This document shows, piece after piece, positions 13,105 to 26,799 of a stretch of DNA of 64,000 bases; the stretch's first letter is position 1; the number at the start of each line of letters is the position of its first letter. The stretch comes from Dicyema japonicum. Its lineage: Eukaryota > Animalia > Dicyemida. The stretch spans positions 2,253,991-2,317,990 of the forward strand of contig RDEW01000003.1 of assembly GCA_011109175.1 (NCBI GenBank), given 5' to 3'. Both the position numbers and the translations under genes were made by a program. Under the pieces are notes generated by a model, which was not told the DNA's origin, did not search any database, and saw only the letters and a program-made list of their open reading frames with translations.

Positions 13105-13370
13105 ATGTCTAACGTTATGAAGAGATTTGTGATTTGTGTTATTTCAAAGTGATCGTCGTACCAATTGCTTCATATTTCCTTACAAAGAAGTATTTATTTG
13201 AGGGTAGTTTGATCAACTAACGCATAGACTATTTTGGAATGAGTGGACAAGTGAGTGCCATTTATTCAGCAGTGGTCACTATTGTTGTCATGCACGCTAT
13301 TATTTTTGTCTATATCTATTTGGCTTACTATGATGAGGAGGTACCTGATGAAAGGCCTAAAAAGGATTGA
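13105..13370 (+). CDS. VMA21: V-ATPase assembly factor VMA21
   Basis: VPIASYFLTKKYLFE/..IYSAVVTIVVMHAIIFVYIYLAY..PKKD*: two TM helices and a C-terminal dilysine. One 24-nt intron; apparent indel near 13147. Confidence 0.8.
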
Positions 13371-13789
13371 TTTTATAAAGTGACTTTTCGAGTTTTAATT
13401 CGTTTTTTGTTACTTCTATACGTTGGTCATTTATACTATGTTGAGATCTGGGAACTGTAGGGTGACTCTCGTCTTGTAGACACTACCAGGCGAACTATTT
13501 GGTAGTTTCTTGGTAAGGAGGTTGGGTCTTTTCGCCACAAATGCAGGCAGTTTTCTCAACAAGCAAATTATTTACTTTACCAAAAAAGTGTTAAACAAAT
13601 TAATTAGGTGATTTGATAGTCTGAGATGGCTCTTCGGTGTTCTTCAAACGTTCCACACTTTCATGTAATCACGCTGTTCCTATTTGAGTGAATTGTAGAG
13701 GGTAGGCCTCCCGTTGTACATGCTGGACTCTGCTCCTTCAGCGGCTGACTGGTGGGATTGGCTTGTCGGATTGTTGCAAAGACTGAAAA

Positions 13790-13905
13790 GGCTTTGCTAC
13801 ATAACCAAGTCATATGCGCATGTCAGCAGCATTAAGTTGTTTCCCTAAGGGAGGGGCATGTCATGTAGAAATAAATTGAAGAGATCTGGTGAGTGGAGAT
13901 CCTCG
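13790..13905 (-). mobile_element. Small degenerate RT remnant
   Basis: Frameshifted GSPL(S)PDLFNLFLHDMP. Confidence 0.5.
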
Positions 13906-14005
13906 ATAAAAGTAACCAGAAAGAAACCACGTGAGAGAGAATGAATAAAAATATTTTTATTTATTAACTTAAAAAATTACGTTTTTTTATAAAATTAAAA
14001 ATATT

Positions 14006-15353
14006 ATGTTTTGGACGTGGCTTGTTTTTATTATTTCAATATTACTTTTAATAATTGCAGTTCGAAGAGGCAGAAAGTCAGGAAGGGTTAACATTGCTTT
14101 CTTCCATCCTCACTGTAATGCTGGTGGAGGTGGGGAGAGAGTGCTTTGGGCTACAATTGAGGCTCTACAAATGAAATATGATTCTGTCGAATGTGCAATC
14201 TACTGCATCCCGGGACTCAAAGAGGATGACGTCATCAATTCTGTGTACTCCAAATTTAAAATAAAAATTGAGAACATCACTCTTGTCCCAATCAAGTCTC
14301 ATTTCTTACTCGACAAGAAATACTACCCCCACCTGACAGTACTGGCACAACACATTGCTTCCATTTTGTCGGAACAGAAGCCTTCCTCCATCTGGTCCCT
14401 GATATTTTCATCGATACTACTGGATTTCCATTCACGGCTGTGCTTTTCAAACTTTTTTCAAAAACAGGAGCCTATGTTCACTATCCTATTGTAAGCTCTG
14501 ATATGGTGGACCGAGTCCGTCAGACCTCGTGGGTAAAGGTGATTTACTACAAAATGTTAATGGTGGTATATGGAATTGTTGGGGGTTATTTCTTTGACTG
14601 TGTGATGGTTAATTCTAACTGGACTCGGAATCATATTCTTAAAATATGGGGAAATCCAAAATCCACTTGGTTATTGTATCCCCCTTGTGCGACCAAGGAA
14701 TTCTCATCTCTCCCAGTGACACGTGGGAGTGATCAGATGTTTGTAGCCATGTCCTTGGCTCAGTTCAGACCTGAAAAGAATCTAAAAATGCAAATACTGG
14801 CGATAAACGAGCTCTTAAAATTACCGGTTGTTTATTTATTCATTAAGACCACTCCACGTGACAAGGTTCTGCTCAAGTTTGTTGGGGGAGTCAGAAATGA
14901 AGAGGATAAAGCCTTGCTGGATGAACTAAAGTCTTTTGCTGAGCAGCTGGGGATCGGGGATAATATTGATTTCTGTGATAACGTGACCTTTGATGGATTG
15001 AAAGAAATTCTCTCTTCTAGTTCTATTGGTCTCCACAGTATGGTGGACGAACACTTTGGAATTGGTATGGCACGTGGTTGAGTACAGGGATTGTGGAGTG
15101 TATGGCTGCTGGTCTCATAATGGTGGCACATAACTCGGGAGGACCAAAACTGGACATTATACTTGATGATAGTCTTGGATTCCGTGCTGAGACTATCAAC
15201 GAGTATGCGGAAAAGATAAAATGGGTAATGTCCCGTTCTCCCAATGAGTTGAATGACATAAGAAGGAATGCAAGGGAATGGGTTGGTGGTCACTTTTCTG
15301 AGGATATTTTCCGTGATAATTTTATTCAAATATTCGACTCTGCTTTGTTGTGA
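14006..15353 (+). CDS. ALG11: GDP-Man:Man3GlcNAc2-PP-Dol alpha-1,2-mannosyltransferase
   Basis: IAFFHPHCNAGGGGERVLW, YVHYP, NSNWT, AQFRPEKN, EHFGIGIVECMAAG, HNSGGPKLDI. 23-nt intron 15065-15087, probable 21-nt intron 14827-14847, one T missing at 14364-14367. Confidence 0.95.
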
Positions 15354-15933
15354 TTATCTTTTCATTAATTGTTTCTTTAAGGATATTTAAATATTAGATA
15401 TGTACCACTTTAATATATTAGTGACCTCCTCTCCCCAGTCTCCAATCATTGTGGGTCCGGGGTCTTCACTCTCTGGGAGGCCGAATCTGATCTTTCTTTC
15501 GCTCAGCGGGAAAAGTCACAGAAATCGGAAAATACTTTGAAGAGAGCTGCACCTCTTTTAATTATAATGAGGGAGGACAGTAGTGGGAACCACGGAGGAA
15601 CCTGTTGTACAATTCCGTGATCACTGGTTTGACTCCTTTCATGATTTTTATTTCATAACTCCAGAGATACACGAAGGAGGTTTTATCCAGTTCCCCGATC
15701 AGAGTGGGATGTATTCTTTCCAAGCATCACGTTAAAGGATACACCTGACTTAGGAGTTTGCAATATCTGGTCGGCATCCAAAAGGATCACTCTCTTCCCT
15801 ACTCCACTGGAAGACTTCTCACTATGGATGGTCGGATGACGAAGAGGATTAAAGGTGGATTGGAAAGACTTGTTAATTAAGTCATAATAAATAAATTATT
15901 ATTTATTTAAATTTTTATAATTTAACTTAAGCA

Positions 15934-17298
15934 ATGTTTAATATTTGTCAGTCAGTCAATAGCACTAAGGATGACTCAATATCCCCCTCTTTGACTGACC
16001 AAGTACTGTTTTATGTTAATTCATAGATAACCACTGAACTCACGTGTCTCGAAGCTTCTGAGGAATACCTAAGTTCTATGTATGCACTCATTTAATATTT
16101 AAGTGATTCACTTCACTCTTATAAGTTGCATTTCAAGTCAATTTCAGGAAACTTGTTTGACTCAATAGAATCTCTCCCCAAAAATACGAGGTATCGTAAT
16201 CTGTTGATTCAGATGCTCGATTGTAGTCAACCGTGGCTTTGTTTCTGGATTTTGAATTCTCTGGCTATTCTGGGAGTTCCCATTCCCCCAAAAGTCAAAT
16301 TAAAGTACTTTTTGTATATAATCCAGATTTTTGAATTTTCTATTGAATGATGTCTTTAATCCTGAAAGTGGTGGTTTTGGGGGTTATTACGATTTAATCT
16401 AATTTAGGTGGACCTGGACAGATGAGTCACGTGGCTTCATCATATGCGGCTATTAATACGATATATCTCCTAGGGGGATTAGACAGGGTGGACAAAAATA
16501 AGATGAGGTCGTTCCTGTTGAGTTTGAAAAAATCTGACGGGTCTTTTGCTCTCCATCACGACGGGGGTTGATCTGAGGTTGAAGGAGTGATGAGATCCAT
16601 AGAGCCACGTATTGTGCACTCTCAATAGCAAATATGCTTGATATCCTCGATGACGAACTTTGCCGCAGTGTGACAAGTCATATTGTGCAGTGTCAGACAT
16701 TTGAGGGGGGATTTGGGGCTGTCCCTGGAGTGGAGGCTCACGGATCCTACTCTTACTGTGCCATTGCTGCACTCACTATTCTGGGGGATGAGAGAGCCTG
16801 TAACCTTAGAGCACTGATGGTATTAAGAACTCATGGGGTTATGTGATTAGAAATGGCTGGTTTGGAGACAAATGACTTTTGAAGGAGGCTTTAATGGAAG
16901 GGCTAATAAATTGGTGGACACGTGTTACTCCTTCTGGGTGTGTGCTGCCAACGTTCTAACTCAACAAGCACTAGATCCTCAAAATACACGTGGTTCCTTT
17001 AATCATAGTTGATTTTTGTGATTACTCGTAGTCGCATTGTCCCAGTATTTGATATTCTGTGGACAAACGAATAGTGGACTGAGGGATAAGCCCACCAAGT
17101 AAGTCACATGTTCTATATTAAGACAGACTGATTTGTACCACACAATGTACGGATTGGCTGGTCTAGCCTTGTGTTATCAGAAAGGAGGGGATCGTATGCC
17201 GGATTTAGTGGATGAAGATGGCATCACTAGAGTTTTGGTTGTATTTGCGGTTATTTCAGACTCCGATTGACCCTTTAAGTGGAATTTCGATTACTTAA
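15934..17298 (+). CDS. FNTB: Protein farnesyltransferase beta subunit
   Basis: LDCSQPWLCFWILNSL, GGFGGGPGQMSHVASSYAA, CQTFEGGFG, EAHGSYSYC, RQMTFEGGFNGRANKLVDTCYSFW, GLRDKP, DLYHT. About 10 introns of 22-31 nt; homopolymer indels near 16180 and 16563. Confidence 0.93.
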
Positions 17299-17342
17299 TT
17301 TTTGATAGTTTATTTCTATTTTATAATACCACGTGGGTTAGT

Positions 17343-17415
17343 TGGGTTACCAGGTAGTGTAGGATTCAGTGCTGTCGTGAATGGTTGTGGGTTTGATTCC
17401 CACCCTGATACCCAC
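17343..17415 (+). other. tRNA-like segment (degenerate tRNA or SINE head)
   Basis: A-box-like tagtgtagg, B-box-like ggtttgattccc, terminal pairing gggttaccagg/cctgataccc. No clear anticodon arm. Confidence 0.4.
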
Positions 17416-18027
17416 TTAGTCGAAGGATTCCGCTCTGTGTCATCAAAAAATCTCTTTTCCATATTCCACAGGAGGGGTGTCTAGATTGACGGTGGATTTA
17501 ATATCTATGAAGATTGAACTGATTCCAATGCATGACACTACAACGAGGGAATACATCAAAGTGGGGATTCTATTCATAACTTCCTGAAAAGTTTTCAACG
17601 AGGACTATGGAATTGTTCGGTTCCGCCTATGTGTGTACAGCAAAATCTTGTTATTCTTGACGAAATCAACAAAAATTCTCAGAACAAGACTGACTGATGG
17701 ACACTTGTCATCCCTGATCTTGAATGTTTGATTACAATCGTTATATTTGTCGTAGTGGAGCGTAATATAGCCGTTGTAGTAGGCTTGCAAATTATTAAAT
17801 ACACTTCAATCAGATTACGGTGTTTTTGCAGATTAGTTAGTGTGGCCTGCTCGTATACTCAAATAACCTTATGCGACCTTGAAGCTTATTGAGCTATAGA
17901 GTCATTGGCGGTTCTGGTCGGAAAAGGATTTGATTGAAAATATCCCCAAGGATTTGTCAGGTGAGCCTTGGTTACTAAATAAATATGTTATTGAGAAAAT
18001 GAATGAAAGTACTCAAATATAAATAAG

Positions 18028-21000
18028 TCACTTCATTACTTTGTAAATGTACGACCGATTACTCACGTTAGTTCTGAATTACGACATAAGCTTACTTGAA
18101 CTTATCCTTCAGATATGGCCTCTCTTTCTCAAATATTTTGGGGATTGTATTGTTTTTAAAGAATATGCTTTTACCCCCATAATCCCCGGGTTGGAGTGAA
18201 ATGAACTTATTGAAGTATTTATTCATCCAAATCATATCCTGGTCATACTTTTCCCCAGAATCAAACAAATATGAGTCTTGTTTACTAACTGTGCTTGTCT
18301 TGACCAAATCACGCTTGTTGAGTCCCACCAATTTGTCGATCTGACAGGCGGCATGACGACCCGCCTCGATATTCTCAGTTCTCACGTTTAGTCGGTGATG
18401 TTTCATCGAAGGCAATTTCTCTTCTCCATCTTCCTTGCCCCCAACATTTTCCTAAATTAGGAACCATTAATTACTTCTCGGATGGACTTTTCATACTTTG
18501 GTACCTTAAACCGAGTCCACACGTCAAAGTCACTCCCTCTCATATCCCCACTGTAGTTATTTCTGTACATCAGTACTGGACGCAGGTATTCGTTGTTATA
18601 AAAGTTTTCCTCCCATTTCTATAATATTTGTACATAGTAGACTGAATTGATCTCTTCGTGCCTCGAATCAGTCACTTTAGCCATTTCAGTCGGTTTAACG
18701 TAATTCGTCCAATCTTGCTTTCTAAACACTACTTTCTTAATTCTTTTAGGTTCGCCTTCTTCCCACGTGTTCCCGTGATAGTTGCTATTATAACTGAAAA
18801 GACTGTGGTCCCCATATTTCTATGAAATGGTTATATTGTACTATCACTTGTTTTAGATATGTCTTGAGGGCATTCAAGGTTTCCACGTGGCAGTTAAACC
18901 TTTGCAGACTATATGGCGAAATCTGACAACCCGTGTTTAGTCTGAAAAATTCACGTGCCTTCTTTTTTGTAAGTTTTCTTATATTTTTCTTAAATTATTT
19001 AATATAAATTACTTTATTAATTTTACTGAAATTTTTAATTTGGGAATATTTCAACTTCAAATAATTATCAAAATTGGGGTTCGTGTTGTCAATCGCCACG
19101 TGCTTTCTCAGCGTGGGCTGGGTAGTATTTCCAACTTCAGTCAAGCAAGCAACACCGACTTTTAATTTCAGAGACAAAGGTACTAGAATGCTTTCTTTCG
19201 TTGCTTGGAATCCCAAACTCTTTGTTTAGTGACTCGGAGTTCTTTGAGCAGTGGGAGTGCTTTATTCCTGACCAGGCACTTCATGCTGTCAGATTGGACC
19301 ATCTAACAAATTGACACGTGACCAACTATGTTCAACTTTGAAATGGCTTTAAAGCAGTTTGTTGGGATCATATCCCGGACATAAAGCAGTGGTTGTTTGA
19401 TAATCTCCGACAGTGGACGGAACAGATTGATTGGCTCAAAGTCAAGTCTCCAAAACAAGTACATCCTTTTGAAGAAGGCGAGGGAATTTGACAAAATAAT
19501 CTTTGCGTCTAGAGTTTGGAGACCAATTACTGTAAAGGGATCTCAGAGCTGAGAGTTGTTTCTGGAATCCTTCAAGGAATCCGTCAATGAGGCCTTCAAA
19601 GAGGACGATCGTGTTTTCCGTGTCAGAAATGTAAAATCCAGAGACCAGATCATTCCTTTCTGGGATCGTCTCCAATCTGTATAAACTAACTCAATACATG
19701 TCGATCATCTCGCTAGTGAATGAACTAATCAGTTTGTGGGGACTTTTTGTGTATTGGGAGAGATATTGATAGTTGTGATCGAGGACAGGTCCTATCACAT
19801 CCTCGTGGCTAAAATGGGCAGTCTCCATGCAGATCACTATCCTTTTGTATAACTGCCTTAATATTAGGGACGACAACCTTCTCCTCATTCAGGGACGTAT
19901 TCTTAACGAAGTCTTTGAAGGAAAACAAGACTCTTACGCCGATTTTCAAGTCGGTGGAGCATTCAATGTAATTGGCGGACTTGAGGATGAGTTTATTCTC
20001 CAAATTTACTAAATTTTCTATAATCTAACATACAAGGTGAAATGGGGGGTGCTGAGCAATTTGTGACAAATGACCTCAACAATATGTGCTTGCAGTTATT
20101 ATATAATTCTTTAGTAAAGTCAAAAGTGGCGACTCCAAATGGATTGGGGGTCTCCTGGCTGTACTTTGGGAGTTCGGGAAGTAGATCGCCTAAAGTCATA
20201 AATAGTCCTACAATGGACGTATTCTATCTTCTCTTTGTTGCTATCCCTGTCGTGGATCTCCATTATCAGTGGTGTACTGATGAAGTTGTTTATGTCCTCT
20301 TTGGCTCGGAGTCCTCGGATAAAATCACAGTGAACCCAAAAGGAAGACGAAATACTCATTGAAGATAATATTTCTCTCCTGCAGTCGTCCCATGGACTTG
20401 TAACTTTTACCAAAGGCCTGGAAGCTCACATAACAGAGTTTGGAGCTAAAATTGTCTTTTCCAGCAATTTACCACATTCTAAGTTCTTCATAGGAGTGTG
20501 GCTGATTCGGTAGGTTCGACAAAGAATCCAGTCTTAGCACGAGTGGGTACAAGGTTGACTTGTTTTCATCATCAATCAGCGTTTTGTCAACATTGATTGA
20601 CACAAACACGTCATTGTACTGTTTGTGAGTGAACTTTAGTCGTTCTGAGTTGAACGAATGACCTGATTATTATGATGTTCTTTAACCTGCCAAAAGAGGG
20701 GACAACTTCACCTCGACCGTACATTCCTCGCTATTGTTTGACTCCTCACTGCTGTAGCTCGTCGTCCTGTCTTGGAATAAACATGAAGCAATACTGCTGA
20801 GAAAATCATAGTAAGCCGAAACATCAAAGTTTAAAATATCGTTTTCTTGTGAATATTTCGTGTTAACTTGAATGAACTTATTGATTTCATTGAAGATGAA
20901 TGGCCGTGTCCCTCCTCTGTCCTCAGTGTCCTCACCTTTGGATTTAACTGCAGGGGTTACAGGAAAGAAGTTTGGGCATTACAAAATGTCGAGTATTGTC

Positions 21001-21513
21001 GGACTGTGCAGCCTTTGAACACTTGTTTTTAGAGGACGAGATTTTGACTTTAACCACGTGGTTTGAAATTGAGTCCAAAAAATCGTTGTTCATGGGGATT
21101 GAATGTCTATCATAGTTAACCAGGTCAAACTGATGTTGGAACGCAATCCATATTGAGTTGTTGTGCTCCCACACTGCCTTGTTTTTTGCCACTAACTTTT
21201 CGTTGTATATTCTGGCCACGATTCCGTTGGCTGTTGATTGGACGATCACATCAATTTTGAAGGTATATTCTGGATTTGTGGGATGGAGATTATATTCGAC
21301 GTTAAAAAGCCGTCGATATGCGTTCCCTTTCCTGGAACCAGTGCTGGCTGTGGGAGTCCGTGTTATACCAGACCCCAGATCTACCGTCAGAGAGTAAGGT
21401 TTACTTTTTTCCACAGCAAATGCGATGGAAACTGAGAAATTGGTGAATGTCAACTCATTTGAACTGACTCTTTTAAACTGTGAACGATTAAATTCACTTT
21501 CATCAAAAGACAT
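18028..21513 (-). CDS. CFAP92/KIAA1257-like (DUF4550) cilia-associated protein
   Basis: FNVEYNL..KIDVIV..VARIY..WEHNNSIWIAFQH (DUF4550-like), PLIMEIHDRD, PFGVATFDF, SGFYISD..VLFEGL. Micro-introns (e.g. ~20664-20687) and several unresolved frame breaks. Confidence 0.7.
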
Positions 21514-21599
21514 AATCCACTTATTTTCTACTCGTTACTAGGCAACACTGATATTTAAGCACTATTATCATGAATTTACCATTTTAGACTGGACGCTAC

Positions 21600-22060
21600 C
21601 ACAAGTCTTCGATGTTTACTGGAGGTCCCGGGCTTATCGTAGTGTCATTGATGGGTGTACAGAATGTTGTTGTAGGGTACTCCTTATTTCTCCGATGAGA
21701 ATAGTCTCTGAGTCATCCACCAATGTGGGAGGGCCATCCAGCAGATCGTTCCAGACCCTGATATACACGAAATAGGTTTTATCCAGTTCCCGGTCGGAGT
21801 GGGACGTATCCTTTCCCAGAATCACATCAATTCGAAATACCCCCAGTAGTTAATAGTAGAATGTTCAAGAAAATAATGTGAGAATTACTTTGTTCCACCT
21901 CAAAACAGATTTGTCCATGTTTTTTCAATGGGCATTCTCTTCATCGCTGCTTTCACCCTGTTTTCCACATGTAAGCCAAAAGAAAGTCCCTAGTCAAACA
22001 CGACTCCCAGGATGCTTGGGGTAGTATCAGCTGGGATAATCGTGCTTTAACGTTTCATGC
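21600..22060 (-). mobile_element. APE endonuclease remnant of an old LINE
   Basis: 21775-21830 resembles 15680-15735 and the FPGY..RKDR..GG region of the 56.9 kb LINE. Confidence 0.4.
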
Positions 22061-22296
22061 TGCAATTTTTTACATCCAGTGAATAAAGTTTCAGAGGATT
22101 TGATTGAAAAAACTAGGAGTTATGGTTGAGCAAACAATGAGATCAGAGTGTCTAGCATTGCTCGTATGACCCGAGGAGCTACTTGGTGTTCTCTGTCCTT
22201 GGGAGCGATAATAATATCATCCGGAATATAGGGTTGTTGTTTATATAAGTAGGTTGAATAGTGCTGATGAGGCGGTTGAAGTTTGAGGAACTTCCT

Positions 22297-23197
22297 TTTT
22301 CGATCAAAAATCGACCTAAAAATCAAGCTCAACTTATACACCGAGTCATGAAATTCAACTTCGTATTAATCGCTTATTTTTACCTCAATCACGGACATCG
22401 AAAGCCAGGCAGCGACGATGACTACTAGAGGAAAGTACTGGGTATTGAGAGAATGCGTGACTCATCGCCTAAACTCCGACAAAGTCCGCGCGTCCGTTAT
22501 TCCTGGTGGACTAACAAGTGTTGTGAGCCACTTGATGTTTCTTTGAATAAGCCGTTCAAAGACAGATTGTAATGAAATTGGAGTAATTGGATGATAGAAG
22601 GCGAGAAGCAGTCTACTATAGGGGGAGCCATGAAAACACCCTCGTCAGAAATAATAAGTCGTGGGATGATGTGTCGCTGTCTACTGTGGAACGCTCCTTT
22701 AAGAAATGCTGCATTTCCAATGCTCTCGATGGGACAGAAGACGACCTTATCTGGGAAGAGGAGGTGGAAACTGAGGATAAAGAAGACCAAGAAAATGTCC
22801 TTTATGACGACAGACTAAACGAAAATAAATGGAACGAGCTTTTTGGAAATAGTGACGATAAATACGGATTTTGAACTCTATGTAAGCACTTTATAATTCT
22901 AATTTATTGTTTTTACTAAAAATAAATCACTTTCTAAGAGTGTTTCATTGTTGTTAGTCTCTCTCTGCGCGTAATATCACAGGGCTACAAAGTAAATAGT
23001 ATTCAAAATGGCGTATAGATCGCTCGCTACAAACTCGCGAATTTGAACACATTTCGTCAATAAATTTCGCATATTTCTGGTTGAATTTTAAAGTTTAAGA
23101 TGAATCAATTGAGCTCGACTTATACAAAGGATATATCATAAAATCGTAAATTTCCGTCGAATTTTAGGGGGTCGACTTATACACCGGCAAATACGGT
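22297..23197 (+). mobile_element. Tc2/pogo-type DNA transposon remnant with its right TIR
   Basis: IPGGLTSV.PLDVSLNKPFKD and SFKKCCISNALDGTEDD. Ends gtcgacttatacaccggcaaatacgg|TA; subterminal (g/a)acttataca repeats at ~22331, 23116 and 23174. Confidence 0.85.
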
Positions 23198-23948
23198 AAA
23201 TAATCATTTTTGACATTTTCTAATCTGACTTGTGTCAATTATACACTATAATTCAGCCTGCGCATATTAATGACTAATTTAAGAACTGACATATTGAAGA
23301 ATACAAAAGAGGCTAAAAACAAGTAACCCCAGCTTCCAATAGTCCACGGACTCTTCCTGCATTTTTGATTTAATAACACCTCCAACTGGAAACCCAGCAC
23401 AAGTGGAATATAACCAAAATGTAACCAAACCAATAAAACACTAGAGGATCTGCATTCATCAGTAAACATATGGGGAACCTACATTAACTGAAATATCCAA
23501 ATAATTCAACACATTTTACTAAACCAGGTAATTATGGACTGTGCCTATTCAATCCCACACTAGGAGGTTCATATAAAGTCCCCCAACTATCCATTCTACT
23601 GCACCAATGAAGTAGAATTATATAGTAGCCCCTCTTAAACGGTCTTTAAGGCTCCGTCCATGGTCCCCTTTCTACAATTAGTTATCATAACTGTTCTTCC
23701 TCTTAAAAAACATATGTCCTGCCTAAGTGGAGGTTTAATTAGTGTTAAAATGACTACTCCTCTAGGAAGGGATGTTAAAAAGAATCAGTAATATTAAGGA
23801 GACAGACCCACGTGAATTTGTTGTTAAAAATAAAAATAATATAAATTATGATATTACGGATTTTTAAATAATATTTATTAAATTTTAAAAGATTTTATAT
23901 TTAATCAACCCTCATGAAATAAACAATAATAATTGTGGAAAACAAATA

Positions 23949-26034
23949 ATGGAGGAATCAGACTATGATGCCATTTTACTAATTATTTGCTGTGTTCTAA
24001 TGGTTTTTGTAATCCTTACTATGTGGGGATTAAAAAAGAATCGTTTCCGGTATTCCCACTATACAACCTTTGCAATAATATATGGTACTTTGAAAGAATA
24101 TTACCACTAAGGGATTATCATCTCCGCAATAATACACAAGTCATTCAAAGAGATTAATCCCAAAGTGGAGGGAACCAAAAATGTAACCGTGGATGTGGAT
24201 TTGACGAAAGACCAAGTGCTAAATGTCGTCTCTACCTATACCGATAGCACATATGTGTATGAGAAGCTCAAATCCCAGAGTATGGAAACATTGGTTTACT
24301 GTGAAATGTGACTTTTATAGGTTAGCTTTCAAAGTACAATTTTTTTCGACGCTTTGCTTCCCCCAATAATCTTCCATGCTGGGTACAACCTTAAGCTGGT
24401 AACCTATCGTTTTCATGATTAGCGTCATTTTACCCCATTTTTTGTGCCCATTCTATTATTCGCTTTTCTTGGGACTGTCATCTCTGCTTTCATTTTCAGG
24501 TCGCTGTTGTTTTGACTTTAAGTGGAGTGGTTTATGGTTTGGGCTTCTACGTCACCAATTACAGAATGCCCTATCAAGAAGCCCTATTCTTCGGATCCAT
24601 TATTGCTGCTACTGACCCTGGTGATTTACTTAATCATTCCCTAGTAACCGTCCTCGCCATATTCTCTGATTTGAAGGTAGATAGTGGCTTGTACGCCCTC
24701 ATTTTCGGAGAGAGTGTATTGAATGATGCCGTCTCAATTGTTCTCTCACGGTAAAATGTGTTCAGTGACTGAAACAGAGTCGTTCGGGAATTCGGGAGCA
24801 GTATGGAGAAGACTAAAACTTCAACTATTGGCGGAGAAGTATTTTTGTCGATTGGATTGTTTATCGGCGTTTTCTTTGGAGCTATCATAATTGGAGTCTT
24901 TGTTGGACTCGTGACAGCTCTGGTAACTTGTCATAACCAGTTCAGATTTTGAAAAAGACAAAAATAAAGGAATACTCAGAAATGGAGATTTCTATTTTCC
25001 TACTGCTTTCCTTGTTTTCGTATATGGTTTCACAGGCATTAGGAATGTCAGGTAATTAATTGCAATAAACCGCAGGGATTGTTACTGTATTATTTTGCGG
25101 TATAACCCAAGCCCATTATACACTCAACAATCTATCTCAAGAGGGTAGAAAACTAAGCAAACAGGTTTATCCCTGTATACACTCTAGTTCTTCTCACTCA
25201 TCAGCTTTCTCTTTGAAAACTTTATTTTCTTATACATTGGACTCACAGCTTTTTCTAAAATGGAATGGGACTTTTGGCTGATTACTGCAGCATTGGTTGT
25301 CTTGAAAATTATTTAGATTGGGATTATTGTCGGTCGAATCTTCAACATTTACCCACTCTCATTTGTGGCGAACCTCTGCCATGGTCATAATCGTGTTCCT
25401 AGGAAGTTTCAGCACTTTCTTTATCTCTCTGGTTTTGCCTAGGACTATATCGTTAGGCCTAAGGGGGGCTATTCCATTCGCTCTTGCCCTTCAGTACAGT
25501 GAACACAAGAATTCCCACATTTTGGTCTCCACCACGTTTGCCATCGTAGTCATCACTGTCGTCTTCTGTGGCATGACAATACTCCCAACCATTGATCTTC
25601 TGTCAATTAGGTATTTTTGGAATGATTATCGCAGAACAGGACAAGAGGACCTCCCCAGGCCACCCAGGGATATTCCAACGGAGGTTGAGTTTGGTTCATA
25701 ACTTTTAGGGGAAAGGGGATCTTCGTATGTTTTTCAAAATTGACTCTCAGTCTGAGAAATTGTGTGAATTGTAGATTATTATCCCCCATGTTCACTCACA
25801 AGTTACCGAATCCCCAACAATATATTCTCAGCGTTGCATGCCTGTTCTTCGTTTATTTTTGACACAAGAACAAATCAAGAATCAGCATGAGTTGGTTTGT
25901 GTGCATTAATCAAAAGTATTCTTCCATAGTTAGAGAAGACTAAAGTTGGGAGTGAAACAGATCAACTAAAGGAGCCAGAAATCTTAGAATTGGGCGGAAA
26001 TGAAGAAACTGACTTGATGGATTTGTCATCCTAA
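23949..26034 (+). CDS. Na+/H+ exchanger, NHE6/7/9-type (SLC9A)
   Basis: [91 protein letters not shown]. About 15 micro-introns; last exon inferred. Confidence 0.93.
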
Positions 26035-26439
26035 TTGTTTCTAATACTTTCATTTCAAATAATTGGCGCTACTCATTTCAAACTCCACTATTCTAGACTT
26101 TCAAGGCTTCAAAGCGCCCTCATCTGCCACGTGGGTTATTTGATCTATGAGACTTGCAGATGGTTTAATAGAACAACGGAAAGTAGTCGATTAATCAGTA
26201 TTTTTCTCTGCGTAGATTTTAAGAAATCCCGGAATGATCCCGGCTTCTAGTGGTCCCCAACGATTTCACCTCTTCTGGAAATGTCTTGAGGGAACTCATC
26301 TTCAAAATGATCAATATTTCTGAAATGAGAAAGGAATTAGTTAATTATAACCGTCATATTTGCGGTCTAATTTTTTGGCTAAATTAATCATCAAAAATTC
26401 TTGCGACTACAGAAGCTAAGCCTCTGTTGAGTCCTACGA

Positions 26440-26720
26440 ATCGATCCTCTACTCATATAAGCTATGACCCGTAGAAGTGGAGGTGGTTTTCATTGTGTTT
26501 GTGAAGAAGGCAGAAACTTACTTCTGCTATATTGTCCGAGCAAATAAAGGTCGGTCGGAACAATCGCTTTCCATGCAAGCAAGAGATGAGGCGCTTCTGG
26601 GCGGCGATGGGTAAAATGGAGGACCACAGGCATAGGCTAATTAGTGCAACTGGGATCACCTAACGGTTTGACTAAACTCTGTCTTTCGTCGCGATGCCCC
26701 TGGGGTACTAAATAAATATT
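26440..26720 (+). mobile_element. Vingi-like LINE 3' fragment
   Basis: MEDHRHRLISATGIT* followed by ctgggatcacctaac..ccctggggtactaaataaata, as at 59466-59540. Confidence 0.65.
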
Positions 26721-26799
26721 GATTTTTTTCGGTTGTTTGATTAAGAATAAAGCACACTTAAAGTACAATTCAGCTACAAAAAGTCAAAAAAATGATAAA

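Noticed and set aside
14360-14370. Programmed frameshifting, RNA editing or pseudogenisation in ALG11/FNTB/VMA21
   Set aside because: Breaks sit in homopolymers of all four bases in otherwise conserved essential genes; sequencing error is simpler.
15440-15475. ESEDPGP on the minus strand as a third 2A motif
   Set aside because: Poor match, and it lies downstream rather than upstream of the nearby APE relic.
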